From Andalucia godoyi And28 (Eukaryota; Protista; Jakobida), in contig VRVR01000031.1 in the NCBI GenBank assembly GCA_009859145.1, positions 202,597-266,596 of the forward strand: a stretch of 64,000 nucleotides of DNA. The letters are read 5' to 3'. Numbering within the stretch: the stretch's first letter is position 1; every line of letters begins with the position of its first letter. The notes under the pieces were generated by a model. It saw only the letters and a program-made list of their open reading frames with translations. It did not search any database and was not told the DNA's origin. A program made the translations under genes and the position numbers. Below are positions 37,930-47,815 of the stretch, piece after piece.

Positions 37930-40380
37930 ATGTGCTCTGTTCAGCAGACGCAGTATGTCGGAGTGCACTGCTCCAAGAATATTGATCCCGATGCGTTCGA
38001 CACTCTTGAGAGTTCGTACATACGACTCTCGTATTATGCTCCGATATCGTTCTACTCCTCGAAACGAGTTCGACATCATCTGTCAGGACCCTATGCGGGA
38101 TACGAGCTTTCATCCTATGACCTGTCTTTGGAAAATCAGAGAATTCTGCTCGAGTACATGACTGCGTTTCTCAGAGAAGTCAAGCGGATGGAAGGCTTCT
38201 TTTATCCGCTCCTGGATTTTTCAAAGTTTGACCAGAATGGAGTGTATCCCCCGTCTCGAGGAACGACTCTGTACTATTTCGACAACATTCCTTCGTATCT
38301 CAAAGCGCCAGATGTGATTCATATTTCCTTTGTGACGAGCAAGATCCACATCTCCTTTGTTCCTTTGCATGGCTTCTCACTGGCGAAGTTCCAGACGATT
38401 CCGCTGAAAGTTTGGCTGAATCCATTCCCGCTGCCAAGCAGTTCCGACTGCCATTCCACTACCGATACGTTGCTTCCGTACCAGTCTGCGATCGTGAATC
38501 GCATTTTGAAACAGGAACGCGAAATGAAGCAGTACGAAGTGTGTATTTTGGACGGAGTCGCACGACTTCCGTTCACCCTGCACTCATTTTCCATTCATTC
38601 TACAGTCTTGTGTTGCCCGCCAGGGACTGGAAAGACCCGTATTGCATGCTCGATCATTGGTACAACCACCCAGCCATGCTTGATTGTGTGTCCGCCGCAG
38701 GTGATTTTGCAGTGGAAGAACGAGCTGAATCGTATGAACATCCAGCTCCTTGAGGACGGAGGATACGTCAAATTAGTGGACTTTGCGCATGCGGCGGACT
38801 CCGTGGATCTTCTCACGCTTCCCGACAAAGTCAAATTTGTTGTCATCGACGAGTTTCAAGAGTTGTTTCGCTCCTCGACATTGACAAAGTCGGTCGGGCT
38901 TGAGACGTTCCGAGAGGAGCACAAAGCTTTCTTGATTTTGATCAGCGCGACGCCACCTGCTCCCCAATCCCTTCCCGATTGTTGTCTCACCATTCCGGCG
39001 TTCCGCACCGATGTTTCCTCTTTTCGAGATGCGGTTCTGAAGCAGATTTCGTATGCAGTCTCTCCGGACGAAGTCAAGAAAGAAGCAGTCGCGGTGGGAT
39101 TGCAGTTTCCAGAAATTGTGTGCTGCACACATTTTGTAGAGCTGAACAAAATGCAGCGGCTTTCCTACGATCTTCTCAACATCATGTTTGAGGTTTTTGT
39201 GTACCGCGTGCGCCATACAACCCATCGCCTGCAGCAAGGGTACGGAAACCGTCGCTGGGTGAATGAATGCCTAGAGGCGCTGAAGAAGGGCTTCAAACGG
39301 ATCGATTTCGTGACCGTTCCGGACGCCATGCAGGGTTTCGATACTAGCATTCACAATGGCAAGCTGTGGAAATTTTTCAATTTTGATACGATTCGAACAG
39401 ATCAGCTGCTGTGGTCGTTTTCAGATCCGACCGCCTTTTTCCGATCCAAGTTGCGCATCTGCAATCTTGCCAACGAAACGGATTTCAAGCGGAATTATTC
39501 AATTCAGAGCATTGCAAAAAAATTGAATGTGCCGGTGGAAGATCTGCTGACCAGTTTGAATATCAAACCTTGTGAAATGATGGGCAAGTTCATGCAGCAG
39601 ACCATGCTGCGTTTCATGTCCATGTACTCGCAAAATTCAAGGGAGGAGAGCCAGAACCGCAGAAAATCCCAGCATTCAGGCGAAGCGGACGACGGAAGCT
39701 GCCCCATTTGCTTGGACGAGTTCGACCCCTCCAAGAGCTATATCATTCTCCATCCCTGCGGCCACTTCTTATGCCGCAGCTGTTCGATGTACTACACGTC
39801 CGAGGATTGCCCAATGTGTCGGACGTTTATCGAGGACCGGAAAATGATGACTAAGGACACGCGGCCGGTCGTTAGCGCACACATGAAGCCAGTTGCTGAC
39901 GCCCCCACTGTGGCAGATGCGGAAGGGTTTGGGAAAGTGCGTGCGCTCGTCGATTTATTGCAGACCTTCACGGAAGGGAAGAAGTCCTCTGTCGTCCATT
40001 GCGAGACGTGCCAGGCAGTGGATTTTGTGCGAGTTGTATGTGAGCAGAACCACATACCGCACATGATTTATCGTCCGGGGGACAATCCAGACGTTCTTGA
40101 ACGGTTCAAAACGGCAGTTGAGAAGTCGCCGCACCATCTTCTATGTACCAGTGTGTCTGGCATCGACTTTCCCACCGTGAAGGCTGCCGTAATGTTTGCG
40201 ACGCTTGAAAAATGGATCACAAAGCCGGTTGAGGCGATGGAAGATGAGATCCAGTTCATGTGTCGAGTTCGCCGGCTGGGAAGCCAAGAGAAGGTCGAAT
40301 TTCATCGGTTTGTGACACGAGGCACGGTGGAGGAAATTCTTTTCTGGCGTGTCTGGCATCGATACTCGGCCTTGATGTAG
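37930..40380 (+). CDS. Compact SNF2-family helicase-like protein with inserted RING finger (Rad5/Rad16/SHPRH-type layout)
   Basis: PPGTGKT, LIVCPPQVILQW, DEFQ, SAT, RING CPIC...CGHFLCRSC...CPMC, RVRRLG, FVTRGTVEE. Confidence 0.8.
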   Translation: MCSVQQTQYVGVHCSKNIDPDAFDTLESSYIRLSYYAPISFYSSKRVRHHLSGPYAGYELSSYDLSLENQRILLEYMTAFLREVKRMEGFFYPLLDFSKFDQNGVYPPSRGTTLYYFDNIPSYLKAPDVIHISFVTSKIHISFVPLHGFSLAKFQTIPLKVWLNPFPLPSSSDCHSTTDTLLPYQSAIVNRILKQEREMKQYEVCILDGVARLPFTLHSFSIHSTVLCCPPGTGKTRIACSIIGTTTQPCLIVCPPQVILQWKNELNRMNIQLLEDGGYVKLVDFAHAADSVDLLTLPDKVKFVVIDEFQELFRSSTLTKSVGLETFREEHKAFLILISATPPAPQSLPDCCLTIPAFRTDVSSFRDAVLKQISYAVSPDEVKKEAVAVGLQFPEIVCCTHFVELNKMQRLSYDLLNIMFEVFVYRVRHTTHRLQQGYGNRRWVNECLEALKKGFKRIDFVTVPDAMQGFDTSIHNGKLWKFFNFDTIRTDQLLWSFSDPTAFFRSKLRICNLANETDFKRNYSIQSIAKKLNVPVEDLLTSLNIKPCEMMGKFMQQTMLRFMSMYSQNSREESQNRRKSQHSGEADDGSCPICLDEFDPSKSYIILHPCGHFLCRSCSMYYTSEDCPMCRTFIEDRKMMTKDTRPVVSAHMKPVADAPTVADAEGFGKVRALVDLLQTFTEGKKSSVVHCETCQAVDFVRVVCEQNHIPHMIYRPGDNPDVLERFKTAVEKSPHHLLCTSVSGIDFPTVKAAVMFATLEKWITKPVEAMEDEIQFMCRVRRLGSQEKVEFHRFVTRGTVEEILFWRVWHRYSALM

Positions 40381-40937
40381 CGATAACAGCAGACAACCGC
40401 CAACCGATTCGCTGCCGTAAAAAAAAAAAACAATATAAAACATGACAAAAAGGAAACACAAAGAGAAGGAAAATCCCGGATCGGGAATTTTTTCCTTCAG
40501 CTGTTGTAATGCGTCCGACCAGCTCCTAGCCTCGTACACCAACTCCGAAAAAGGAAGCAGTTGACGCCGGGAATGTGAAACAGCAGTGCAACCTCAGCAG
40601 CAACTCCTTTCTTGATGATTCCCCTTTGGCTTTTCTCGTCGTTTTTTCCCTTTCTCCCCTCTTTTCCGATTCTTTTCCTCTGCTTCCTTTCGCGTTTTTT
40701 TCGCGTTTGCAACTTCCCCCCATTCCCGCTTTCTCGTATTTGCCATCTCGCTGTTTTACCAGGTCCAAAACATTACCGTCTTCTTTCTGCGTTTTTCTTC
40801 AAGCGCGTCGCTAATCGAGTTCTTGTGTGAAGCGTCGACTCTGGGGTTTCCCACGCTCGCGATCTCTGTGCACTTCTAGAGTCTTTTTTTATATAGTTAT
40901 TTTATATTGTGATTTTAGTGTTTTTGAAGTATCTCAG

Positions 40938-42170
40938 ATGGAAGTTCAGCATCAGCAGGTGGTGGGAACGGTTGTCGCAGATGCACGCAGCAATTCAAAC
41001 TGGAACAGCAGCAACGGTCTCGGGACGTTCCCGAATCGTGTGTCGGAGATCATTCCGGGAAAGATTCTTATGGGTCCATTTCCGTGGGATATCGAGAATT
41101 TTGCGTATCTTAAACAGCAGTTTGGTGTCACGCGCATTGTGAATTGCACGCTGGAGGACTATGCAGCGTGTCTTGATCCCCCAACGGTCTCGTTTGTGGA
41201 CAAGACGTTTGCAGTGCATCACATTCCAATGGACGATGCTCCAATGCAGACATTCACGCAGTATCTGGATGATCTTTTTGCGTTTTTGGAGATCTATTCT
41301 GATGAATCCGAAGCAGATATCGTCCAGTACTATAATGATGAGAACCCTATCAACAATATCCACAGCCATAGCCACAGCCACAGTCGTGGGATCTCCTGCC
41401 CAAATCCAATCAAGAGCCATATGAGCTGTAACGGCTTCAACAAGAGCAAGAATAATAGCAATAGGGCTCATAACACCAACAACAGTAATAACAACAACAA
41501 CAACAACAGCAGCAGCAACAGCAACAGCAGCGGCGGCGGCAATGGCAGTGACCGTGAGGGCATGGACAAGAGCGAGGCGATGACTGCTCTTGAAGACCAA
41601 ATAACACGGATCCACGTCGCGGATGAAAATTCGATCGATCCGTCGCTGTTGTGTCCCCACCAGGTGATCTACATCCACTGTCTCATGGGGGTCAGCAGGT
41701 CAGCGGCGGTTCTGTTGTCGATACTAATGCGTGCATTTGGGCTTCCTCTCCGAAATTCTCTTGAGCTTGTCAAAAAGCGAAGGTCCGTTGCGGCGCCGAA
41801 CCACGGATTCTTCTCACAGTTGCTGCGGCTTGAAGAACAGTGGATCCCAGATGCCTATCCAAGCATGACATACGAGGATTATGCAGGAAACACGTGGTCG
41901 GCACAGACCGCCGTGCTTAACGCAAAGATTGTTGAAGACTACATTGACGACGACGAAGTCGACGGCGATGATGACGGTGATGATGACGATCGCGAACATG
42001 CAGGCAAGGGCGGGATTGGCGGTGCGTTTGGACATTATTCCAAAAAGTACTGGGGCAGTCCTTTTGGGCCCTTTCCAAACGACAATGACAAGGATGAGCT
42101 GGAAGAGGACATGGACGACGGCGAAGAAACACGTGTCCAAGATGACGAGGATGCCGACGATGATGCATGA
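40938..42170 (+). CDS. Dual-specificity protein phosphatase with Asn-rich insertion
   Basis: VSEIIPGKILMG, IPMDD, HCLMGVSRS, PNHGFFSQL; first ATG 40938. Confidence 0.92.
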   Translation: MEVQHQQVVGTVVADARSNSNWNSSNGLGTFPNRVSEIIPGKILMGPFPWDIENFAYLKQQFGVTRIVNCTLEDYAACLDPPTVSFVDKTFAVHHIPMDDAPMQTFTQYLDDLFAFLEIYSDESEADIVQYYNDENPINNIHSHSHSHSRGISCPNPIKSHMSCNGFNKSKNNSNRAHNTNNSNNNNNNNSSSNSNSSGGGNGSDREGMDKSEAMTALEDQITRIHVADENSIDPSLLCPHQVIYIHCLMGVSRSAAVLLSILMRAFGLPLRNSLELVKKRRSVAAPNHGFFSQLLRLEEQWIPDAYPSMTYEDYAGNTWSAQTAVLNAKIVEDYIDDDEVDGDDDGDDDDREHAGKGGIGGAFGHYSKKYWGSPFGPFPNDNDKDELEEDMDDGEETRVQDDEDADDDA

Positions 42171-42621
42171 ATAGGCAAAGAAAGAATGGAATGATGTGCG
42201 AGATGACTTTCATGGGATAGAGACGAGATGTGTGTGTACAGAATACAGCAGTAATTTCAGTGATGATATTTAAAAAAAACAATGACGACTTCAGGCTCCC
42301 CAGCGTCTTCTCGATAGCAATATTGAATCGTCCATCAATACTTGGACGACGGATTTTTTTTTTTCAAAAGACAGAAAAACGAACGTAAGAATTCGCGAGC
42401 TGAGCCTGCCAGTTCCTCTCGATCGGGCATGTTTTTGATTGACAAACAGCTCCTCTTGCATTTCTGCGGGCGATTTTGACGATTGGCATCCAAATTCCTA
42501 TCGTTTTCGTTCCTCTTTCTCCTTCTGAATGTAACTGTTATTTTAATGCTCAAAATAAATAAATAAGTAAATTCTCTTTGTTGTTTGATACTCTCAGACA
42601 TAAATAGATAAATAGATAGAT

Positions 42622-42652
<31 letters not shown>

Positions 42653-42653
42653 G

Positions 42654-44525
42654 ATGGGAACAGAATGTCAGCTTCCCGCTCTAGGGGCTTCGGTGTTGCT
42701 CGCGTGTTTTTCATTCATATTGCTGGTGCTAGGATGCAACCGCCGCGAGAATCATTCCGATTCGGTGTCAAAGCCAGTGACACTAGAGTATGGCGGGAAG
42801 ACGTATATAGGAGGGTGGCCATCAGTGAACAGCGACATGCAGATTGCTACGGCTTGCTTGGGACTTGCCGTATCTGCGCTTTCCATTGCATTTCGACAAC
42901 GAATTCGCATTGAAACGCTCTTTGCTCTCTGCGTTGTTTCGCTTTGCGCATTCGCAGTTGGGCTGGCAGCCTGCATACTGGATGCACAGGAAGTCCAGAG
43001 TGCGATGGATGACTGTAAAAAGAATAGCGCGGCGACAAACTGCGAGAATTCAGAGTACGTGTATGTCGCGGTTTCCGACATTTTTGTTGCGTTTCTGAGT
43101 TTTTGCGTAGCGGCGCTGTTTGCAGCCGAGGTTGGACGAAAGCAGGACGAAAAGGTCGCCCCGCAGAACACGCATTCAAAGCTGGAATGCCCAGATGGCG
43201 TTGCTCCGACAGTTGATCAACCATCTGTGCACACGAGGCTGCCAAGCAACCTCGTAGTCCAGGCTGTCACAAGCGCCCCGGCAGCAATGGGCGGCCAGAC
43301 TGCTCATCATGGACAATCTGGCCAACAGCATGCAGACGGCACAAAGAAGCAAGAGTCAGTCGTTGCACCCGTTGGTGCTCCAGGTGGTGACACTCCAGAA
43401 AAGAAGACACCGCAATTTGCAGATCCCGTTTTGGAAGCGCCATCGCAAGCCGTCGCTACACAGGATCTGCCACCACAAAATCCTCAGCAGGAAGTGATGC
43501 AACCAGCACAGAATGCCAACGTTGTCGAAAGTGTTCTTACAGAGGAGCCTGCCGCGGCCGATTCGTCATCAGAACGTACGTTGCCAGCAGAATCTCGAGC
43601 GCCCCTTCAGCGTACGGCGGAGTGCGACGTCACGAGCAGCAGGCCGTCGTTTGCGTCGGAAAATGGCTCTGTTTCACAATTGTTGCCACGGCTGGCTTCA
43701 AAATCGAGCATGTCGCCGACACCCGAGGACGCATCGTCGGCTGGAGCCACGCCGAGGAGCGCGGAAAGGGAAGTGAGCGGAATCCCACCAAGCTTGCAGG
43801 GTGTAACACCTTCACTTGGCGCCGTGTTACGTTCTGGAGAGGAAGGAAGAAAGGGAGTTCTTGTCGTGGATTCTCTTCAAGGCCAGAGTGCCATGCAGGC
43901 GTTCATTGCGGACGGCGACTACATTACGCATATTGCTGGCCAGTCCGTTGAGAACCGATCCGACGTTAATCTCATCTTGGCGAACTACAATCCTGGGGAT
44001 GTTGTGGATGTTGCAGTCTTACGTGGGACGGGCCTCGGAGAAGAAGTTTCTCAGCTTGAAATCGGTGGTCAAGGTCTGTCGCTGCTGCAGGTTCGAAAGT
44101 TCAGAGAGCAAGCAGGAATGCCCGTTTGCCCACGTCCTCTTTGGACCACTGAATCTGCACTTGCAGCAATCACGATCTTGCGTCCTTGGACTGGTTTTCT
44201 CTGCAAGCATATCGGCTCGGAGCTGCAGATCACCGCAATTGCAGAGGAGTCCCCTGCAGCGAGGGCAAAGCCTGCCCTCGAGAAAGGTATGGTGGTCGTG
44301 GCGATCGATCGGAAGAAAGTGGACTCCTTGCAGCTCCTCGAATCTGAGCTTTCCACAAAAGCCGCCGGCGAGGTGGTTGTCTTTGAATGCCGTCGGTCGG
44401 GCGCTTCGCAGACATCTTTCTTTTCTCAAGTGGAGCTGGGAGTTGAAGGAAGATCTGTATCTGAAATCCGCTGTCTCCGTGAACTCGCTGGATTCAAAGC
44501 TGTTTCGCAAACCGGCAGGAGCTAG
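42654..44525 (+). CDS. Four-TM membrane protein with two C-terminal PDZ domains
   Basis: Four hydrophobic segments in the first ~160 aa; PDZ-like GDYITHIAGQSV and GMVVVAIDRKKV. Confidence 0.75.
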   Translation: MGTECQLPALGASVLLACFSFILLVLGCNRRENHSDSVSKPVTLEYGGKTYIGGWPSVNSDMQIATACLGLAVSALSIAFRQRIRIETLFALCVVSLCAFAVGLAACILDAQEVQSAMDDCKKNSAATNCENSEYVYVAVSDIFVAFLSFCVAALFAAEVGRKQDEKVAPQNTHSKLECPDGVAPTVDQPSVHTRLPSNLVVQAVTSAPAAMGGQTAHHGQSGQQHADGTKKQESVVAPVGAPGGDTPEKKTPQFADPVLEAPSQAVATQDLPPQNPQQEVMQPAQNANVVESVLTEEPAAADSSSERTLPAESRAPLQRTAECDVTSSRPSFASENGSVSQLLPRLASKSSMSPTPEDASSAGATPRSAEREVSGIPPSLQGVTPSLGAVLRSGEEGRKGVLVVDSLQGQSAMQAFIADGDYITHIAGQSVENRSDVNLILANYNPGDVVDVAVLRGTGLGEEVSQLEIGGQGLSLLQVRKFREQAGMPVCPRPLWTTESALAAITILRPWTGFLCKHIGSELQITAIAEESPAARAKPALEKGMVVVAIDRKKVDSLQLLESELSTKAAGEVVVFECRRSGASQTSFFSQVELGVEGRSVSEIRCLRELAGFKAVSQTGRS

Positions 44526-44642
44526 TCCCACAGCTCGTTGTTCCCCCAAAAATCTCTAGACGTATCCATCTTGCAATGAATCACTGTTTATTATTATTAT
44601 TATTATTATTATTACGGATCCAACATGGACAGCTCCTTTGCA

Positions 44643-46250
44643 TCAATCAACATCTTCGCCGTCTTCTTCAGAAACCGATGCATCGTTCTCGTTCTCGTTC
44701 TCGTTCTCGTCATATCCTTCCCAACGTCCAGCTCGAACGGCAGCAATGATCTGCTGAACCTCGAGTGTTTCTTGCTCATTGAGCTCCGCAGCATCAGCAT
44801 ACGGGGACTCGTGGACAAACAAAGAGCGCCCAAAGGGCAGAGCGGGATCCTTTCGCTCTGGCGGTTCAACATAGTCCCACGCAACGATGTTGCCGTCCCA
44901 TCCCGAAGTGACAAGAAGTGGCAAAAAAGGATGCCAGGAAACATCCCGAACGATGTAAGAATGGAATGTCTTGGAAGACACCGTTCTTCCGGAGAGAATG
45001 TCGTACACCACGACAGATCCATCGGCAGAGCCAGTATAAATGTACTGCTGCCCGGTTGTTTCTCGAGGAGAAAAACGCGCACGAATAAGAGTACCAGTCA
45101 GCGTGTGCGAGCCGCAATACGTCATTACGGACGTGTCGCTTGGGTGGACCGGTGCATCTTCAATGTTAAAGCCCACATTGCCATAGCGATAGTCATGATG
45201 GAGCAGACCTGCTGCCTGAACATCATCCTGCGAAATGGTCGAAGACGCACGACGAAGATCCCACAGTTTAATCGTTTGATCTTTGCTCGACGACAGGAAG
45301 TACCGTCCGTCTCCTCGAGAATCCAAGTACGCAACACCCGCCAAATGGCCCATGAACATCCCGGAAGGAACATGAAATTCCGGAGATCTCCTATCCCACA
45401 GACAGATGAGTCCGTCGTCGCCGCCGGAAACAAAGACATTTCCCGTCTCGTCTGCAACCGCCAGAGCATTTGCGTCGTCCGTGTGCCCCCGTCGCACCCG
45501 GATTCGCTCTCCATTCACGACATCCACCTCGAACAAAAATCCACCCGAAGTCCCACACACCACAGTTCCTGTCCGGGCCGCAAACCGGACGGAAAACACG
45601 CACATTGCTTCGTCGGCACCGAACTCGTCATCACTCACTCCGAGGTCAATCGACTTGCCCCGCAGTTGCTGCGGGCTCCCAAGCCCGGACCGCTTGGACA
45701 GAGATACGCTGTTCTCTACCGAACCATCGCTTGTCGCAGGCTCCTCTGCTGGTGGAGCATCTGACTTTGCCATGGAGAAGCAGTACAAAGAAGACCCCCA
45801 ATGGGCAGAAACACCGACGGAGTCGTCGGGGCTGAACGCAACATCCGCAATTGCCCATCCACTAAAAGGAACCGACAGGCTTAGAAACGGACTGGCTTTC
45901 CGCTTCTCGGACATGGCCTGCTCGATCTCTGCCGTCTCAAACAACTTCACCTGGTTCGTCTGCTGAGCAGCCATGAACACGTCTCCCGAATGCGAAAACG
46001 CGCCGCAAAAGACCCGCGAAGATGCATGATGTACACACTGCGCTGGATGGTTTGGGATGAGGTTCGACAGCACTGCCCGGTACGGCGCAGGCGAGCGCGA
46101 GGACGATCTCAGCGCAGACAGAACATCCGAGCCGCCTCCACCGCCCCCACTACTACGATCGCCGCGGCCCTGTGCCGAGCACAAAGAGGAGTGTTCCTGT
46201 CGAAGAAGCGTCTGCTGTCCAGCTGCATGCCGCGACACTGTAACTGGCAT
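44643..46250 (-). CDS. DCAF11: WD40 protein DCAF11/WDR23/LEC14B
   Basis: SGGDDGLICLWDRR, GHLAGVAYLDSRGDGRYFLSSSKDQTIKLWDLR, TGQQYIYTGS, VRDVSWHP. Confidence 0.9.
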   Translation of the reverse strand: MPVTVSRHAAGQQTLLRQEHSSLCSAQGRGDRSSGGGGGGSDVLSALRSSSRSPAPYRAVLSNLIPNHPAQCVHHASSRVFCGAFSHSGDVFMAAQQTNQVKLFETAEIEQAMSEKRKASPFLSLSVPFSGWAIADVAFSPDDSVGVSAHWGSSLYCFSMAKSDAPPAEEPATSDGSVENSVSLSKRSGLGSPQQLRGKSIDLGVSDDEFGADEAMCVFSVRFAARTGTVVCGTSGGFLFEVDVVNGERIRVRRGHTDDANALAVADETGNVFVSGGDDGLICLWDRRSPEFHVPSGMFMGHLAGVAYLDSRGDGRYFLSSSKDQTIKLWDLRRASSTISQDDVQAAGLLHHDYRYGNVGFNIEDAPVHPSDTSVMTYCGSHTLTGTLIRARFSPRETTGQQYIYTGSADGSVVVYDILSGRTVSSKTFHSYIVRDVSWHPFLPLLVTSGWDGNIVAWDYVEPPERKDPALPFGRSLFVHESPYADAAELNEQETLEVQQIIAAVRAGRWEGYDENENENENDASVSEEDGEDVD

Positions 46251-47518
46251 CTTCCGTTTCTTCCTTACAACGGCTATTTTCTTCTGTTAGAAATCAGCAC
46301 GTGCAAATCCTCGGAGTCCCAGAACGCTTGACCTGGAAGAAACAAGACAAAAAAATATAATAAAATAATAATAATACAACACTACTGTTGTGAATCGCAG
46401 ATTCAATAAAACTCGACTTTGAAAAACACACCAACTTGAGTCCGCGGGTTTTCGTGGTTCTTGTGAAGGGATGCAAATTGCCCCGATCCGGTGGGCATTC
46501 CCCGCAAATGCCCCGACAGCCGCTCGCAGAACGCACGTTGCGGCGACGAAACCGAAACGGGATCCTCATATTGGGGATTCAGCTGCATTGTCGGCGAAAA
46601 TTCCCCTTTGTGAGCGCCAGTCGATGTGTGGTTGGTTACCCATGCTTCGAGCCGGTTAACCACGCCCTCCTGCACTGCAAGCACCTTTCTAAAGCGCGAC
46701 ATAAATGGGTAAACGGAGTCCGTCATTTGCTCAGTGCGTCGTTCAAAAATTGCTGATTTTAGCAGTGCCATGAAGGAGCGTTTCCTCAAATGCTTTTCGA
46801 TATGGAGTGGCGATGCAAGATTTTTTTACTGTAGCCCTGAATGTGCGCAGATACTGTTTGAATTGCAGGAGGCGCGCACCTTCAGTGTTCAACGAGAGGC
46901 GTATACGGCTTTCTGCGGAATCACTTCTACCTGTTGCATGACTTCTGTGATGCACAGTAATAGTAATTCGCGGCTGTTTCCGGCTGCAGTCATACGGTTG
47001 ATTACTTGACCACTGTGCATCCGTACTGAGAAAATTAGTGTGTTCTTTTTTTTTTAAACACTAAACGTCCACTACGGTCCTCCGAGACGACGATCACATG
47101 GAGATTGGAGAAGCAAAGACCCCGATTGAAGCGTCCTACGGGTCCTTTTCATCTTTTGGGTAAATCCACTGTTGTTCGTATGTGCGAAGGGGGAAAGGGG
47201 TGACAAATAATTTCTGAACAACGCAGTGCACCACCACCTTGACCTGTTTTTTCTGAAGAGTGTTGACGGGCGTATCGGCAGATGCGTGCGATCGCTTTTT
47301 CCACAAACAGCTGCTTCACTTGAACACCATTTTTGGAACGCCGTTTTCTGCAACAGTGGTCCCCGTCTTCTTGAAAGTGCTGGCTTTTTGTTGTTGTATA
47401 AACAGGAGGAAAAAACATGCACGTCTCACCAATTTGCACTTCCATTCGGTCAATGGCACTTCGAGTAATTAGTCTTTTGCTTATCTGACAAACCTGCATA
47501 GAGCGAACGTCCCCGTCG

Positions 47519-47520
<2 letters not shown>

Positions 47521-47558
<38 letters not shown>
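47521..47558. repeat. (CAA)n microsatellite
   Basis: Direct reading. Confidence 0.9.
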
Positions 47559-47559
<1 letters not shown>

Positions 47560-47815
47560 AAACAAAAAAAAATAAGAAAAAAGAAGATAAGAAAGACAAT
47601 TTTGAAAAACGCAAATAACAAGTTTTATTTTTTTATTTACGGGTTTCGATTTACTGACTGTGACTTCCTTGTATTTTCCTCCTCCTTCTTCTTTTGCGTC
47701 TTCTTTTGGTTCTCCAGCTGTGGATCATTGCTATCGTTTGTGCTCCCCCCGTAGATTACTCAGGTCTCGTCAACAGAAGCAAAGAGGAAGGGAGGAAAAA
47801 AAAAAGAAAGAAAAA

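Noticed and set aside
47660-47815. Non-ATG N-terminal extensions in the ORF track (also 7378, 13163, 22457, 26277, 35397, 37493, 40827)
   Set aside because: They translate T- or A-rich UTR/microsatellite sequence; first ATGs were used instead
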